From: Promethearchaeota archaeon
GTDB taxonomy: Archaea > Asgardarchaeota > Lokiarchaeia > Sigyniarchaeales > SOKP01
NCBI GenBank assembly: GCA_048938025.1
Contig: JBHLMP010000002.1
Location: 1-64,000 of the forward strand
DNA length: 64,000 nucleotides
Direction of reading: 5' to 3'
The position numbers were made by a program, and so were the translations under genes. The notes under the pieces were generated by a model, which made no database searches, was not told where the DNA came from, and saw nothing but the letters and a program-made list of their open reading frames with translations. Positions within the stretch are counted from its first letter, which is position 1. The number at the start of each line of letters is the position of its first letter. Of this stretch, positions 50,356-61,543 are shown in pieces.

Positions 50356-51804
50356 TTGAATGATTTATTTTCGGAAATTGATGACATCTTCCATTCAAGG
50401 TCTCTGGCAATTTATGGTGTGAGTAGAAAAGGTGGTTTAGGAAATATTTTATTACAGGGATTTATTGATCAAGAATTTCCTAAAATATTTATCGTTAATC
50501 CTAAAATAACGGAACCTAATGTTACAATATTGGGAATACCTGTTTTCTCAGATTTGAAATCCATTGGAGAGCCTGTAGATTTGGTTATATGTTCCACTCA
50601 TCCTAAATTTGTTCGAGATATTATTATTGAATGTGGTCAATACGATGTAAAAGCAGTGATAATTTTTTCAGCTGGATTTGGCGAAAAAAATGAAGAAGGT
50701 AAAAAAGCTGAAGAAGAATTATTAAAAATTGCTCGAAAATATCAAATGAGATTAATTGGACCGAATTGTATGGGATTATATTGTCCCAAATCAGGACTTT
50801 CGTTCTTTCCAGCCTTACCAAAAGAATCAGGGACGTTAGGGGTTATTAGCCAAAGCGGTTCAATCGCTAATATCATGGCTTTTAGTTCAATGTTGAAAGG
50901 AATTCATTTTTCCAAATCCATAAGCTATGGCAATGGCATTGATTTAGACTTCAATGACTTTTTAGAATATTTGGGAGATGATCCTGATACTAATCTACTA
51001 GCATGTTACATAGAAGGAGTTAATGATGGAAGAAGATTCATTGAATTAGTACAAAAAATAAAAAAACCTATGATCATTTGGAAGGCTGGAGTCACTCCTG
51101 CTGGATCAAAAGCAGCTCATTCGCACACAGGATCCCTAAGTGGAAAAGATAAACTATGGAATAATGTATTTGACCAATATGGTGTGATCAGGGTATATAA
51201 TTTGGAAGAAATGATTAGTATGATTCAAGCATTCATCAATCCTATGCCATTAAGAAATTGTCGAGTTGCGATTATATCAGGACCAGGAGGACCTGCCGTA
51301 TCATCAGCCGATGCATGTGAGATGAATAATTTAAAATTGGCAGAACTGACCAATGAATCAAAATTGAAACTCCAAGAATATATCCCTGAATTTGGGTCAA
51401 GTATGTCAAACCCTATTGATTTAAGTCTTCAAGCAACATTTGATCCAATATTGGAAAAAAAAGCGTATGAAATCGTTGGAATGGATCCTAATGTTGATAT
51501 GATTCTAATTTATTTAACGATGTTAAATCCTCGTTATAAGGATTTAATAAAGTTACAAGAAAAAATTTCTAAACCAATTGCTATCGTATCTGCCATAGAT
51601 GTAAATGTTTCAGCAGATTCTTTCAGCAATATTGTTAAACGATCATTTATACATATAAGAGCAAAAAAGGTTCCTAATATAATAAAAAATATGAATCAGA
51701 ACGGGATTTCAGTACATCCGAACGAAAATCTAGCCGCTAAGGCGTTATATAACATTTATCAGTTTTATAACAAAACTAAGAAATCGATTGTTTTAAAACA
51801 ATAG
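50356..51804 (+). CDS. Acyl-CoA synthetase (NDP-forming) alpha subunit
   Basis: IFSAGFGE, GPNCMG, SQSG, KAG...AAHSHTGSL phospho-His, NPIDL. Confidence 0.92.
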   Translation: MNDLFSEIDDIFHSRSLAIYGVSRKGGLGNILLQGFIDQEFPKIFIVNPKITEPNVTILGIPVFSDLKSIGEPVDLVICSTHPKFVRDIIIECGQYDVKAVIIFSAGFGEKNEEGKKAEEELLKIARKYQMRLIGPNCMGLYCPKSGLSFFPALPKESGTLGVISQSGSIANIMAFSSMLKGIHFSKSISYGNGIDLDFNDFLEYLGDDPDTNLLACYIEGVNDGRRFIELVQKIKKPMIIWKAGVTPAGSKAAHSHTGSLSGKDKLWNNVFDQYGVIRVYNLEEMISMIQAFINPMPLRNCRVAIISGPGGPAVSSADACEMNNLKLAELTNESKLKLQEYIPEFGSSMSNPIDLSLQATFDPILEKKAYEIVGMDPNVDMILIYLTMLNPRYKDLIKLQEKISKPIAIVSAIDVNVSADSFSNIVKRSFIHIRAKKVPNIIKNMNQNGISVHPNENLAAKALYNIYQFYNKTKKSIVLKQ

Positions 51805-51891
51805 AAAAGACTTTGATATTACCAAGATTCGGATCTTTTAAATTTATACAAATCAAAAAACAATGATTAAATGGAAATAAAAGAAGAAAAG

Positions 51892-52749
51892 TTAATTTTG
51901 CTTTATAAAGATATCATTTTGATATTCCTGAAAAGCTATCCTTAATTCTTCTTCAGTATTCATAACAATGGGTCCACGCCAAGCCACTGGCTCTCCAATT
52001 GGCTTTCCAGAGATTAAAAGAAATCGAACTTTTTCATTTCCAGTACTGATTTTTACCTCATCACCATCTTTGTAAATAACAAGATTTTCTACGCCTATTA
52101 ATTTGTCTCGATCCTGATCAAAATAACCTTTTCCTTCTATAATGTAAGCAAAGACATTATGTCCTCTTTTTACTGGATGAGAAAATTCATAATTAGGATT
52201 TATAGTGATATCTAGATATTCAGGTTCCGTAATAATATCTTGAACGGGTCCTGTTGTACCGTTCACTTTACCACTAATTATTTTAATTTTCACAGTGCCC
52301 TCGTTAAGAGATATTTCAGGGATCTCATCCCTTTTAACGTCTCGATAACGAGGATTCATCATTTTATGAGACGCAGGAAGATTCGCCCATAGCTGAAGTC
52401 CCCAAATTAGAGGATTTTTACCTTTTTTAGGCATTTCTTGATGAATGATTCCACTACCAGCAGTCATCCACTGAACATCCCCTGATTCTATAACCCCACC
52501 ATTTCCTAAGCTGTCGCCATGCTCAACTTTGCCGTGAAGCATATATGTTATGGTTTCTATACCTCGATGAGGATGCCAAGGGAAACCTGCTATATAATCA
52601 TTGGGATTATCGGAATGAAAATCATCTAAAAGTAGAAAAGGATCTAATGAAGAATCAATATAACCAAATGCACGCTTTAAACGAACTCCAGCACCTTCCA
52701 TTGTAGGTCTACTTTTTAATGTTAATTTAACTTTTCGAACAATACTCAT
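51892..52749 (-). CDS. Pirin family protein
   Basis: DPFLLLD, HPHRGIETITY, WMTAGSGIIHQE, GPIVMNT. Confidence 0.95.
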   Translation of the reverse strand: MSIVRKVKLTLKSRPTMEGAGVRLKRAFGYIDSSLDPFLLLDDFHSDNPNDYIAGFPWHPHRGIETITYMLHGKVEHGDSLGNGGVIESGDVQWMTAGSGIIHQEMPKKGKNPLIWGLQLWANLPASHKMMNPRYRDVKRDEIPEISLNEGTVKIKIISGKVNGTTGPVQDIITEPEYLDITINPNYEFSHPVKRGHNVFAYIIEGKGYFDQDRDKLIGVENLVIYKDGDEVKISTGNEKVRFLLISGKPIGEPVAWRGPIVMNTEEELRIAFQEYQNDIFIKQN

Positions 52750-52967
52750 ATTTTATCACTTTATAATTGTAAAAAAAAATATTTTTGTCTTAAAAACCTC
52801 TATAGGTTCTAAGATGGTAAATATTTGATTACAAACTTAAATATTTTCTTTATAACCAATAAATTTGTTATATTTTTGCTTATTAGACTTAACATAAAAA
52901 TATCCAAACCTAATATCATAATAGTTTAATAAATGCACTTATTTTATAATAGAAATTATTATTTTCA

Positions 52968-54155
52968 ATGTTAAATCATAGATTAATAGATCCTCCTAAA
53001 GAGCCTGAAAAATTTGTAAAGGTAGCAGTACAATTTTTACATAAGTATGCTATGGATAAGAAAGTATTTTGTGCTCTTTCCGGTGGTATTGATAGTTCAT
53101 TAACATATCTATTATTAAAAGAAGCAGATATCAATACGATTCCCGTTTTCATAGACCATGGACTTATGAGGATTATAAGAGAAGTAGAAGAACGTGAGTA
53201 TATAAAAAGATTCTTCCCTGATATTGTGATTCTAGACATTAGAGAGCAATTTCTTCCTAAAATCCTAGGGGAAGGTGATGCTGAGAAAAAAAGACATCTT
53301 TTTAAAGATGTTTACTCGGGAACCATTAGTAAAGTAATCAGAGAAGAAAAATGTGATTTGCTTGCAGATGGAACAATTCTTCCAGATATTGAAGAAAGTT
53401 TTGGGGTAAAAATCACAGATTTAAAAGAGACAATGAATATTGAAGAAGAATTAACCTTAAAAGAAAAGTATAAACAAGGATTTGTGAAAAGTCAACATAA
53501 TGTTGAAATTGAATACGATGTTGAAGCCACAATTCAACCAGTTGCAAGTCTTACTAAAAATGAAGTACGTAGTATACTCGAATACTTCAACATGCCGCTG
53601 GAATTAGTTTATAGAAAAGCCTTTCCAGGACCTGCTTTAGCTGCAAGAATCATTGGTCCAGTTACTTATAACAACTTGAATTTTGAGAAGAAAGTACATG
53701 ATCTTGTAGAATCATCAGTAGAGGATTATTACAAGGAGAAATATGGGAAAACAATGATTATAAATCAAAATGGTGAGCAAGAACCATTCCAAGTTTTTGC
53801 TGCTATAAGTAAAGATATTCTTAACAAAAAGGTGACTGGTCTAGTAGATGGAAAGAGGATATATGAAATCCCTCTATGCGAAATTGGAAAGTGGGATTTT
53901 AAGAAACTTACTAAAAAAGCATCCAAAATAAAAGAATATGCAAGAGTCTTGTATAAATTAGGAACTAATCCAGAAGGCCTATATGATGTAGTTATAAGAT
54001 CTATTAATAGTATAGATGCAAGAACAGCAAGTGTTACTCATTTACCAATAGATTTTTTAAATAATTTGACACAAGAAATCCTTAAAATCTCTGAAACCAA
54101 CGCTGTTTTTTTTGATGTTACTCCAAAACCTCCAGCAACAATTGAATATGTTTGA
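52968..54155 (+). CDS. guaAB: GMP synthase ATP-pyrophosphatase subunit B (archaeal split type, divergent)
   Basis: ALSGGIDS, IDHGLMR, GTILPDIEES, KSQHNV, FPGPAL, DVTPKPPATIEY. Confidence 0.85.
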   Translation: MLNHRLIDPPKEPEKFVKVAVQFLHKYAMDKKVFCALSGGIDSSLTYLLLKEADINTIPVFIDHGLMRIIREVEEREYIKRFFPDIVILDIREQFLPKILGEGDAEKKRHLFKDVYSGTISKVIREEKCDLLADGTILPDIEESFGVKITDLKETMNIEEELTLKEKYKQGFVKSQHNVEIEYDVEATIQPVASLTKNEVRSILEYFNMPLELVYRKAFPGPALAARIIGPVTYNNLNFEKKVHDLVESSVEDYYKEKYGKTMIINQNGEQEPFQVFAAISKDILNKKVTGLVDGKRIYEIPLCEIGKWDFKKLTKKASKIKEYARVLYKLGTNPEGLYDVVIRSINSIDARTASVTHLPIDFLNNLTQEILKISETNAVFFDVTPKPPATIEYV

Positions 54156-54325
54156 ATCTTGGAAATATAATCAATTTTCAATAAGGCTCAGGTATAATAT
54201 TAACTGTATAAGTTGCTTTCATACTTTCTTTATAATTAAATCCTTTAAACATAAAAAATAAGAATGATTATTGAAATTAATTAGGAGGATTATTTATTAT
54301 AAAAAATATCTCATTTTTGTAAAAA

Positions 54326-56251
54326 ATGTTGTTAAAAACAAAGAATGAATGGTTTATTGATGAAAAGGGTAGAACAGTATTATTGAGAGGGGTTAATTTA
54401 GGAGGGAGTACAAAAGTTCCTTTTACTCCTAATGGAGCAACTCATATTAAAACTGATTTTAGTGATCATAGAGACGTCTCATTTATAGGTAGACCTTTTC
54501 CAATAAAAGAAGCAGATGAACATTTATCACGATTAAAACACTGGGGTTTTAATTGCTTAAGATTTCTCGTGACTTGGGAGGCAATTGAACATAAGGGTCC
54601 GAAGCAATACGATAAGGAATATTTAGATTATGTAGCAGAGGTTTTAAAGATTGCTGAAAGTCATAAATTTTACACGTTCATAGATCCTCATCAAGATGTC
54701 TGGAGTAGAATGACGGGAGGGGATGGTGCCCCTGGTTGGACATTTGAAAAAGTAGGGTTAGATTTTACAAAGTTTGATGCTTCTGATGTTGCATTAGTTA
54801 TGCAATATAGATATGACCTTAATAATCCTTCTGCATACCCTCCAATGCAATGGTCTAGTAATGCCATAAGATTTGCTAATGCAACTATGTGGACCTTATT
54901 TTTTGGTGGAAAGGATTTTACTCCTTCTTGTAAAATTGATGGAATAAATGCCCAGGACTATTTACAGGAACATTATATAAATGCTATAAAACAAATTGCT
55001 ATACAAGTAAAAGATAATCCCTATGTAATTGGTTTCGACATTCTTAACGAACCTGAGCAAGGATGGATTGAAAAAAAAGTAGATGGTGTTGGAGCTGAAA
55101 AGTTTACTGAACCATTAGGATATGTATTTACTCCTATTGATGCTATGTTAACTGGTTCTGGATATACAAGAGTTGTAGGATTTAATGAAATAAAACGACT
55201 TGGAATTAAGCAGACCAGAATAGATGAAATGAATAAAAAAAATGTGTCATGTTGGCTCAAAGACACAGATGATATTTGGAAAAAAGAAGGTATCTGGGGG
55301 TTAGATAAAAATGGAGAACCAATAATTCTTAACAATGATTATTTTGTATTGAAAAATGGTGAAAATGTAGATTTTTATAGAGATTACCTCTCCCCGTTTA
55401 CTAATAGCTATAGTGAATCAATTAGAAAAGTAATTCCACACACTATCATCTTTTTTGAATCACACCCGATAAGAGTTCTAAAAGGTGAAAAATTTACTCT
55501 TAATGTTCCTGAAAATGCAGTACACGCAGGACATTGGTATGATGGCATTACATTAGTGACTAAGCGATCAATGATAAAGGCTAATTATGATATATTAACT
55601 AATAAAGTGGTTATGGGAAAAAAAAATGTTCAAGCAATGTTCATTAATCAATTAAGTAATATAAAAAACATTGCAGATTCTATTCATGGAGGAATTCCCA
55701 CTTTAATAGGGGAATTTGGATTACCATATGATCTTAATAAAAAAGAAGCATTTCAAAAGTTTAAAACTAATCCCGATGATGCTTGGGAAAAACATATAAA
55801 ACTATTAACTATGTACTATAATGCTCTAGATGCGAATTTATTACATGCAACTCAATGGAATTATACTGCCGATAATAATAATGAATGGGGAGATCTATGG
55901 AATATGGAAGATCTTTCAATTTTTAGTAGGGATCAACAGCTAGATCCAAATGATATTAACAGTGGTGGAAGGGCAATTGAAGGATTTTCTCGCCCTCGTT
56001 TTATTTATTGTGCCGGATCACCAATAAAGATGGAGTTTAATTTCAAAGAAAAATCGTTTAATTTCGAATTTGATGCAGATTCTTCTATAAGAGCACCCAC
56101 GATAATTTATGTACCGAAAATTCAATACCCAAATGGTTATGAAATTAAAGTTTCTGAAGGAAAAATAATTGAAAAAGCAGATGAGCAACTAGTTCACATA
56201 GAAATAGAAAAAGATGGAATCCATGCAGTTAATATAATAAAAAAAATGTAA
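54326..56251 (+). CDS. Glycoside hydrolase family 5 (endoglycoceramidase / EGCrP-like)
   Basis: LRGVNL, TWEAIEH.GP, DPHQDVWSR..GGDGAP, NEP acid/base, HWY, GEFG nucleophile, WNY. Confidence 0.88.
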   Translation: MLLKTKNEWFIDEKGRTVLLRGVNLGGSTKVPFTPNGATHIKTDFSDHRDVSFIGRPFPIKEADEHLSRLKHWGFNCLRFLVTWEAIEHKGPKQYDKEYLDYVAEVLKIAESHKFYTFIDPHQDVWSRMTGGDGAPGWTFEKVGLDFTKFDASDVALVMQYRYDLNNPSAYPPMQWSSNAIRFANATMWTLFFGGKDFTPSCKIDGINAQDYLQEHYINAIKQIAIQVKDNPYVIGFDILNEPEQGWIEKKVDGVGAEKFTEPLGYVFTPIDAMLTGSGYTRVVGFNEIKRLGIKQTRIDEMNKKNVSCWLKDTDDIWKKEGIWGLDKNGEPIILNNDYFVLKNGENVDFYRDYLSPFTNSYSESIRKVIPHTIIFFESHPIRVLKGEKFTLNVPENAVHAGHWYDGITLVTKRSMIKANYDILTNKVVMGKKNVQAMFINQLSNIKNIADSIHGGIPTLIGEFGLPYDLNKKEAFQKFKTNPDDAWEKHIKLLTMYYNALDANLLHATQWNYTADNNNEWGDLWNMEDLSIFSRDQQLDPNDINSGGRAIEGFSRPRFIYCAGSPIKMEFNFKEKSFNFEFDADSSIRAPTIIYVPKIQYPNGYEIKVSEGKIIEKADEQLVHIEIEKDGIHAVNIIKKM

Positions 56252-56358
56252 AATTTTTGTGATATAATTTTCTTTTTAATACTGAATAGATATATAAATT
56301 TAAATGGTATCTCGATAAAAAACTGATAAAAATTATTAAACAAGAGTGAAAAATTATT

Positions 56359-57165
56359 ATGAATAAACACCAAAAAATGATTATTACTGCAACAACAGCT
56401 AACTCCTGGATATATCCAGAGCTAAAAAATTGGTCACAGACAGCTGATGATTTAATCACTGATGTCATAAAATGTTATGAAGCGGGAGCCTCTATTGCTC
56501 ATGTACATTTACCTAGGGGGGAAGAGGTGGAGGTTGTCCAAAGAATAAGAGATAAATGTGATATTATAATTCAAGCAGGAATGTCGATCGAATCAATTCC
56601 AAACAGAAAGGGTGATTTTAAATCTAAACCAGATATGATGTCAGTAATGTTAAGTCATCATGCAGAACATTTTACTCAAATTACTGTTGATGTTTTGCAT
56701 CCTTTAAATGAGTTAGAAGAGTATTGTAAAAAGTGTAAGGAATATAATGTAAAACCGGAATGGGAAGTTTGGCACACAGGTTCATTTTGGAATTTAAAGT
56801 ATTTAATTGATATTGGATTATTAGATTGGTCAAAACCTCATTTTTTAACCTTATTTTTTAACTGGCCAGGAGGAACTTGGACACCTCCGAAGTATGATGA
56901 GTATATGCATAGGAAAAATTACATACCATCGGATTGTATACATAACGTTAGCGTAATGGGTGAAGAACAAATGAAATTATTAGTTTTTGTTCTTACTCAT
57001 GGGGGTAATATTAGGGTAGGAACGGAAGATTATCCCTTTTTAAGCAAGGGAAAACCAGCAAGAGATAATGCCGAAATAATAGAACAATATGTGAATATCA
57101 GTAAATATGTAGAACGAGAGATAGCAGACCCTACAGAAGCACGGAAAATGTTAGGATTAAAATAG
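56359..57165 (+). CDS. Beta-keto acid cleavage enzyme (BKACE / Kce family)
   Basis: IITA, CYEAGASIAHVH, KPEWE, GGNIRVGTED, EARKMLGL. Confidence 0.9.
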   Translation: MNKHQKMIITATTANSWIYPELKNWSQTADDLITDVIKCYEAGASIAHVHLPRGEEVEVVQRIRDKCDIIIQAGMSIESIPNRKGDFKSKPDMMSVMLSHHAEHFTQITVDVLHPLNELEEYCKKCKEYNVKPEWEVWHTGSFWNLKYLIDIGLLDWSKPHFLTLFFNWPGGTWTPPKYDEYMHRKNYIPSDCIHNVSVMGEEQMKLLVFVLTHGGNIRVGTEDYPFLSKGKPARDNAEIIEQYVNISKYVEREIADPTEARKMLGLK

Positions 57166-57173
57166 GTGAAATT

Positions 57174-57350
57174 ATGAAATTAAAGGATAGAATTGCAATT
57201 ATAACTGGAACCGGAGTAGGTATAGGCGAAGCAACTGCTTTTTTATTTGCTAAGGAAGGTGCTAAAGTATGGTGTAATTTAATATCTAAATCTGCTAAAA
57301 TAGTCGCTGAAAAAATCAAATTAAAAAATAAGAAAAAGGTAATAACTTAA
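57174..57350 (+). pseudogene. Truncated short-chain dehydrogenase/reductase (N-terminal 58 aa only)
   Basis: AGGTGA RBS, MKLKDRIAIITGTGVGIGEATAFLFAKEGAKV..., early stop, no YxxxK region. Confidence 0.8.
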
Positions 57351-57365
57351 TCTTAAATGATTTAA

Positions 57366-58322
57366 TCAGGAAATATCTCGTTTTTTCAACATAAATGTTC
57401 CAATAAGTAAAAAGGTTCCTCCAATAATGATTAAATAGAGAAATGAAGCTACAGGATGGTAATAATGGGTTATAACATACCCATAACCATCTCCAGTATC
57501 AACGTATTTTGTAATACCAAACATTGAAAACATAGCCCCTAAATAATCCCAAATATCAGGGACAAAAAATTCTCCGATCCACATGAATACATTAGCAAAA
57601 TGATATCCTATGTCGAAATTGTATAATAAGTATTTTTCATATCTATTTACACCATAACCATACCCTATTAATAATGGTTTGAACATCATAAAAACGAGAA
57701 ATGAAAAAATTACTAACGCAAGCGGGAAGAGTAAAACATTCCTTGGTTTTTCAAATATTGATGAAAAACCCATGGTTATTCCTCCAAAAAAGAATATTAT
57801 AATCAATGAATAGAGAAAATTCATCCCTAAATAAGAAGCAATATCAACAAATGGATATTTAATTGTTGCAATTATACAAACTATAGATAAGCTCACGAAA
57901 CTTACTACTATTCCAAATAGATAAAGAGCAACAAACTTACTTAATACTATTTTTGTTCGATTAATTGGTTTGCTTACTAGAAATAACATCGTTCCTGTTC
58001 TTAATTCTTCAGAAATTAAGGGTCCCGTAGAACCAATAATAATGATTGGAAACATTATGGCAAAATTGTAATACCATGTAACAAATCCTAATCCTGCTAT
58101 CTCTATTACTGATTTTTCTCCAGACAGTGGGGGCATAAAAGCAAATATTAATGCAGGGACTAATACCATGAAAAAAGTCGTAATAATAAGTCTTTTTATC
58201 GTACATAAATCAAAAATAAACGTTTTCTTGATCATTGCAATAGAAGGTATTGAGCTTATTCCTGAAAAAGGATTTCCTTCTTTAAGATTTTCTTTAATTG
58301 GATTGGATTCAGGAGTATTCAT
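57366..58322 (-). CDS. ABC-2 type transporter permease
   Basis: ISEELRTGTMLFLVSKPINRTKIVLSKF; about 6 TM segments. Confidence 0.88.
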   Translation of the reverse strand: MNTPESNPIKENLKEGNPFSGISSIPSIAMIKKTFIFDLCTIKRLIITTFFMVLVPALIFAFMPPLSGEKSVIEIAGLGFVTWYYNFAIMFPIIIIGSTGPLISEELRTGTMLFLVSKPINRTKIVLSKFVALYLFGIVVSFVSLSIVCIIATIKYPFVDIASYLGMNFLYSLIIIFFFGGITMGFSSIFEKPRNVLLFPLALVIFSFLVFMMFKPLLIGYGYGVNRYEKYLLYNFDIGYHFANVFMWIGEFFVPDIWDYLGAMFSMFGITKYVDTGDGYGYVITHYYHPVASFLYLIIIGGTFLLIGTFMLKKRDIS

Positions 58323-59305
58323 TCATTCTTCACCTCATCTTCCATTATTTCTATAAAAATATCCTGTAAAGAAGTTTCAGGTTGATGAAACTCTCTTAAA
58401 ATTACATCATTTTCGATTATAATTCCAGGAATGGCTTTCTGAAGCATTTCAATATCTCTTGATAAGATATGTATTTTATTATCTTGTTTATCAATCCAGA
58501 CATTTCCTATATAATCTTTTTCCTTTAATTGTGGAATAATTTTTTCATTTGAACTGGTATCTAAAATAGTGATATTGCGACCAGCTTTAATTGAATGCAT
58601 TTTTTTGATATTTTTGATGGTGTCTGCAAGAACTATTTTTCCTTTGTTAATCATCGTGACTTTTTCGCACATTTGTTCAATTTCAGATAAAATATGGCTT
58701 GAAACAAACACGCTAACATCTTTTGATAATTCTTTAATGTCTTTTATAATATTAGACCTTCCGATAGGATCTAAATTTGATGTTGGTTCATCCAATATTA
58801 ACAATTTAGGTTCATGTAAAAGAGCAGCGGCAATCCCAATTCTCTGTTTCATTCCCTCTGAATATTTTCCAATTTGCCTATCTCGAGCTTCAAATAACTC
58901 TAATTTTTTTAATAGTTCAAGAGTTTTTTCTTTTGAATTATTTCTTCTCAAACCACTTAATTCCCCTATATATATTAAGTATTGTTCTCCAGTCATGTTA
59001 TCATAAAAAGCAGGGTCTTGAGGTAAAAAACCTATTATTCGGCGCGCTCTTATAGAACCTGCATCTTCACCTTTAATTTTCGCTTCTCCATCAGTAATAG
59101 AAATTGCTCCTATTAACATATTGATTGTTGAAGTTTTTCCCGCACCGTTTGGACCTAAAAATCCGTGAACTCCTGGCTCCACTGAAATATCAATTTTATT
59201 TACTGCTTTTATACTTTGTTCTCCTCTACCATAAATTTTTGTTAAATTATGTGTCCAGATTTCTGGTACTACTGATTTTTCTTTTATCATATTTTTTTTA
59301 CCCAT
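58319..59305 (-). CDS. ABC-2 type transporter ATP-binding protein
   Basis: GPNGAGKT, YSEGMKQR, LDEPT, SSHIL. Confidence 0.92.
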   Translation of the reverse strand: MGKKNMIKEKSVVPEIWTHNLTKIYGRGEQSIKAVNKIDISVEPGVHGFLGPNGAGKTSTINMLIGAISITDGEAKIKGEDAGSIRARRIIGFLPQDPAFYDNMTGEQYLIYIGELSGLRRNNSKEKTLELLKKLELFEARDRQIGKYSEGMKQRIGIAAALLHEPKLLILDEPTSNLDPIGRSNIIKDIKELSKDVSVFVSSHILSEIEQMCEKVTMINKGKIVLADTIKNIKKMHSIKAGRNITILDTSSNEKIIPQLKEKDYIGNVWIDKQDNKIHILSRDIEMLQKAIPGIIIENDVILREFHQPETSLQDIFIEIMEDEVKNE

Positions 59306-59457
59306 TCTCCTTTTATTTTTTTAAAATTTTTTACAAAGATGGATTGTGCCTATATTTTTTGGATATATGTTTAATATAAATTTTTTATACTAATAAAATT
59401 AATATTATTGAAAATGATAATAATAGAATATAGAATATCGAAAGAGATGAAAAAATA

Positions 59458-59880
59458 ATGATGAATGAAGATTTAAAAAGTTTTATCCAAGAACATTTAG
59501 GTTATACTGATGAAGAAATGAAGATATTTTTGGAAAACCCAAAAAATATTAAAATTCTTGCCAAAGCACCTAAAATAATGAATAAAACAATTGTTATTGA
59601 AGTTATGAAATCACATGGATGCAATAGCCAACATAAGGAGGGTGATAAGTTTTATTTTGATGGAATGGGTAATCTCCTTACAAAACTTTGCCCAAAAAGA
59701 ATCTGCATTTCCGCTTTGAGTGCCGTTGAAAAATTAATTTATGCCGCTACTGCCCTTATATATGCAGGATCAGATCCTAACGAGATGGAATTTAACAGAG
59801 TTGGGTGTTCTGATGTAGGACTGCAGTGTGGTGGATGGGGCAATATTGTCATGGAAATTAGAGTGGAAGATCGTAAATAA
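59458..59880 (+). CDS. TIGR04076-like Cys-containing small protein
   Basis: GCNSQHKEGDKFYF, CPKRICISA, GCSD..C pattern. Confidence 0.6.
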   Translation: MMNEDLKSFIQEHLGYTDEEMKIFLENPKNIKILAKAPKIMNKTIVIEVMKSHGCNSQHKEGDKFYFDGMGNLLTKLCPKRICISALSAVEKLIYAATALIYAGSDPNEMEFNRVGCSDVGLQCGGWGNIVMEIRVEDRK

Positions 59881-59941
59881 GAGTATAATTAATTTGAACT
59901 TCTTTCTAATAATCTTATTGTAATTAAAAACAGATAAAAAA

Positions 59942-61435
59942 ATGGAAATCAAAAAGGTTAAGATCCAAACTATTTTTATTAGTAAACCACAGTGGGAAGC
60001 TGGATGGCCTTATATAGGTTATGATAACGAACAAATGAAAAAATTTATTCTTGACCATTTAAACCAGAAATTTCCAGATATTCAGTTCAGTAGCAATGAA
60101 GTCATTACAAATTATGACAAAAAATTAATTGAAAAGATTAAAGAAGATATTGAAAAATCAGATGGAGTTCTAATATATACAATTGGACATTATGGAGATC
60201 CTGGAATTGTAGAAGCAGGCATAGAAATTATTAAAATTGGAAAGCCTACTATTCTTATCAATATTATATACGGAGGGGATCACACATTTACAAAAATTTA
60301 TACAAAAATAAAGGGTGAAAATTTACCAATTTATCCGATATCCTCTCAAAATATTGAAGATTTTGACGATACTATTGAAATTATGCATAACATCCTTCAG
60401 ATTAGAGGAAAAAAGATTTTAATCTATGCTAGTGAATCAAAAGACATAAACTGGAAAACAATATTAGATTTAGTAAATCTAGAACGTAAAAGAATTATTA
60501 TGGATCATCCGGAATTCATTGAGCAAGTTGGAAAGATGAGTGGTGAAAAGTATGAGTTTTATACTGATCTAGATGGATTTGATCAAGCTCACCAGTGGAG
60601 AAAAGATGAGAATAAATACCAAGAAAATTTAAAAGAGATTTTTGGTGTGGAACTGCAAAAAGAAAATCCAGATGTAATCCTTAGCTATTATGATAAAGTA
60701 GAGGAAGAAGAAGCAAAAAAGATTGCAAAGAAATGGATTAATAATGCTAAAAAAGTTCAACCTACTGAAAAAACAATAATAAATTCTGCGAAATTATATC
60801 TTGCTTTTAAAAAGATTTTAACTGAAAAAAAAGGTGAAATACTCGCACCTGATTGCGGTACGTTATTATTACTAGGTAAAATGCCTGCCTACCCTTGTAT
60901 GGCATTTTTCGAATTAACTAATGAGAGAATATATGGTATTTGTGAGTCAGATCTTGATTGTGCAATTAGTTATTTGTTTGGATTGTATTTAACCAATCGA
61001 CCAGGATTTGTATCTAATCATACTCTTGATTTACTTAATAATCAAATAACTTATCTGCATTGTGTGGCCGCAAATAGATTATACGGTGTCAATGGTCCTT
61101 CTGCTGACTTTGATATAGTATATCATGGCGAAACTCATATTATAGGGGCATCACCACGAGTTAAATTCCCAATAGGTCAATTAGCAACAACTATAAAAAT
61201 AAGCATTTTCGAAAGGAAGATTGCTATCCGCCAAGGTAAAATCATAGATAATATTATAGATGATCGTGCTTGCGTCTCAAAAATGCTAGTAGAAGGTGAT
61301 ACAAAGAAAATTTTAGATAATTACGATTGGGATACTTTTGGGTGGCATAGAGTGACTTTTGTTGGTGATTGGAAAGATAAATTTATAATTGGAGCTAAAA
61401 TTTTGGGATTAGAGGTTGTAGAGGAAGATAAATAA
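59942..61435 (+). CDS. L-fucose/L-arabinose isomerase superfamily protein
   Basis: DC..., PCMAF..L, CESD, HC, CVSK, WHRV motifs. Confidence 0.7.
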   Translation: MEIKKVKIQTIFISKPQWEAGWPYIGYDNEQMKKFILDHLNQKFPDIQFSSNEVITNYDKKLIEKIKEDIEKSDGVLIYTIGHYGDPGIVEAGIEIIKIGKPTILINIIYGGDHTFTKIYTKIKGENLPIYPISSQNIEDFDDTIEIMHNILQIRGKKILIYASESKDINWKTILDLVNLERKRIIMDHPEFIEQVGKMSGEKYEFYTDLDGFDQAHQWRKDENKYQENLKEIFGVELQKENPDVILSYYDKVEEEEAKKIAKKWINNAKKVQPTEKTIINSAKLYLAFKKILTEKKGEILAPDCGTLLLLGKMPAYPCMAFFELTNERIYGICESDLDCAISYLFGLYLTNRPGFVSNHTLDLLNNQITYLHCVAANRLYGVNGPSADFDIVYHGETHIIGASPRVKFPIGQLATTIKISIFERKIAIRQGKIIDNIIDDRACVSKMLVEGDTKKILDNYDWDTFGWHRVTFVGDWKDKFIIGAKILGLEVVEEDK

Positions 61436-61543
61436 TTATCCTTTTCTAAATTAGTGCTTCTCTGATTATGTTTTGGAAATATTAAAATATTAATCTAACA
61501 AATTAACATTTACACTAAAGTTTTTATGAAAATCTAAAGGAAT

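Noticed and set aside
52968-54155. GMP synthase lacking a glutaminase domain
   Set aside because: Split subunits are normal in archaea.
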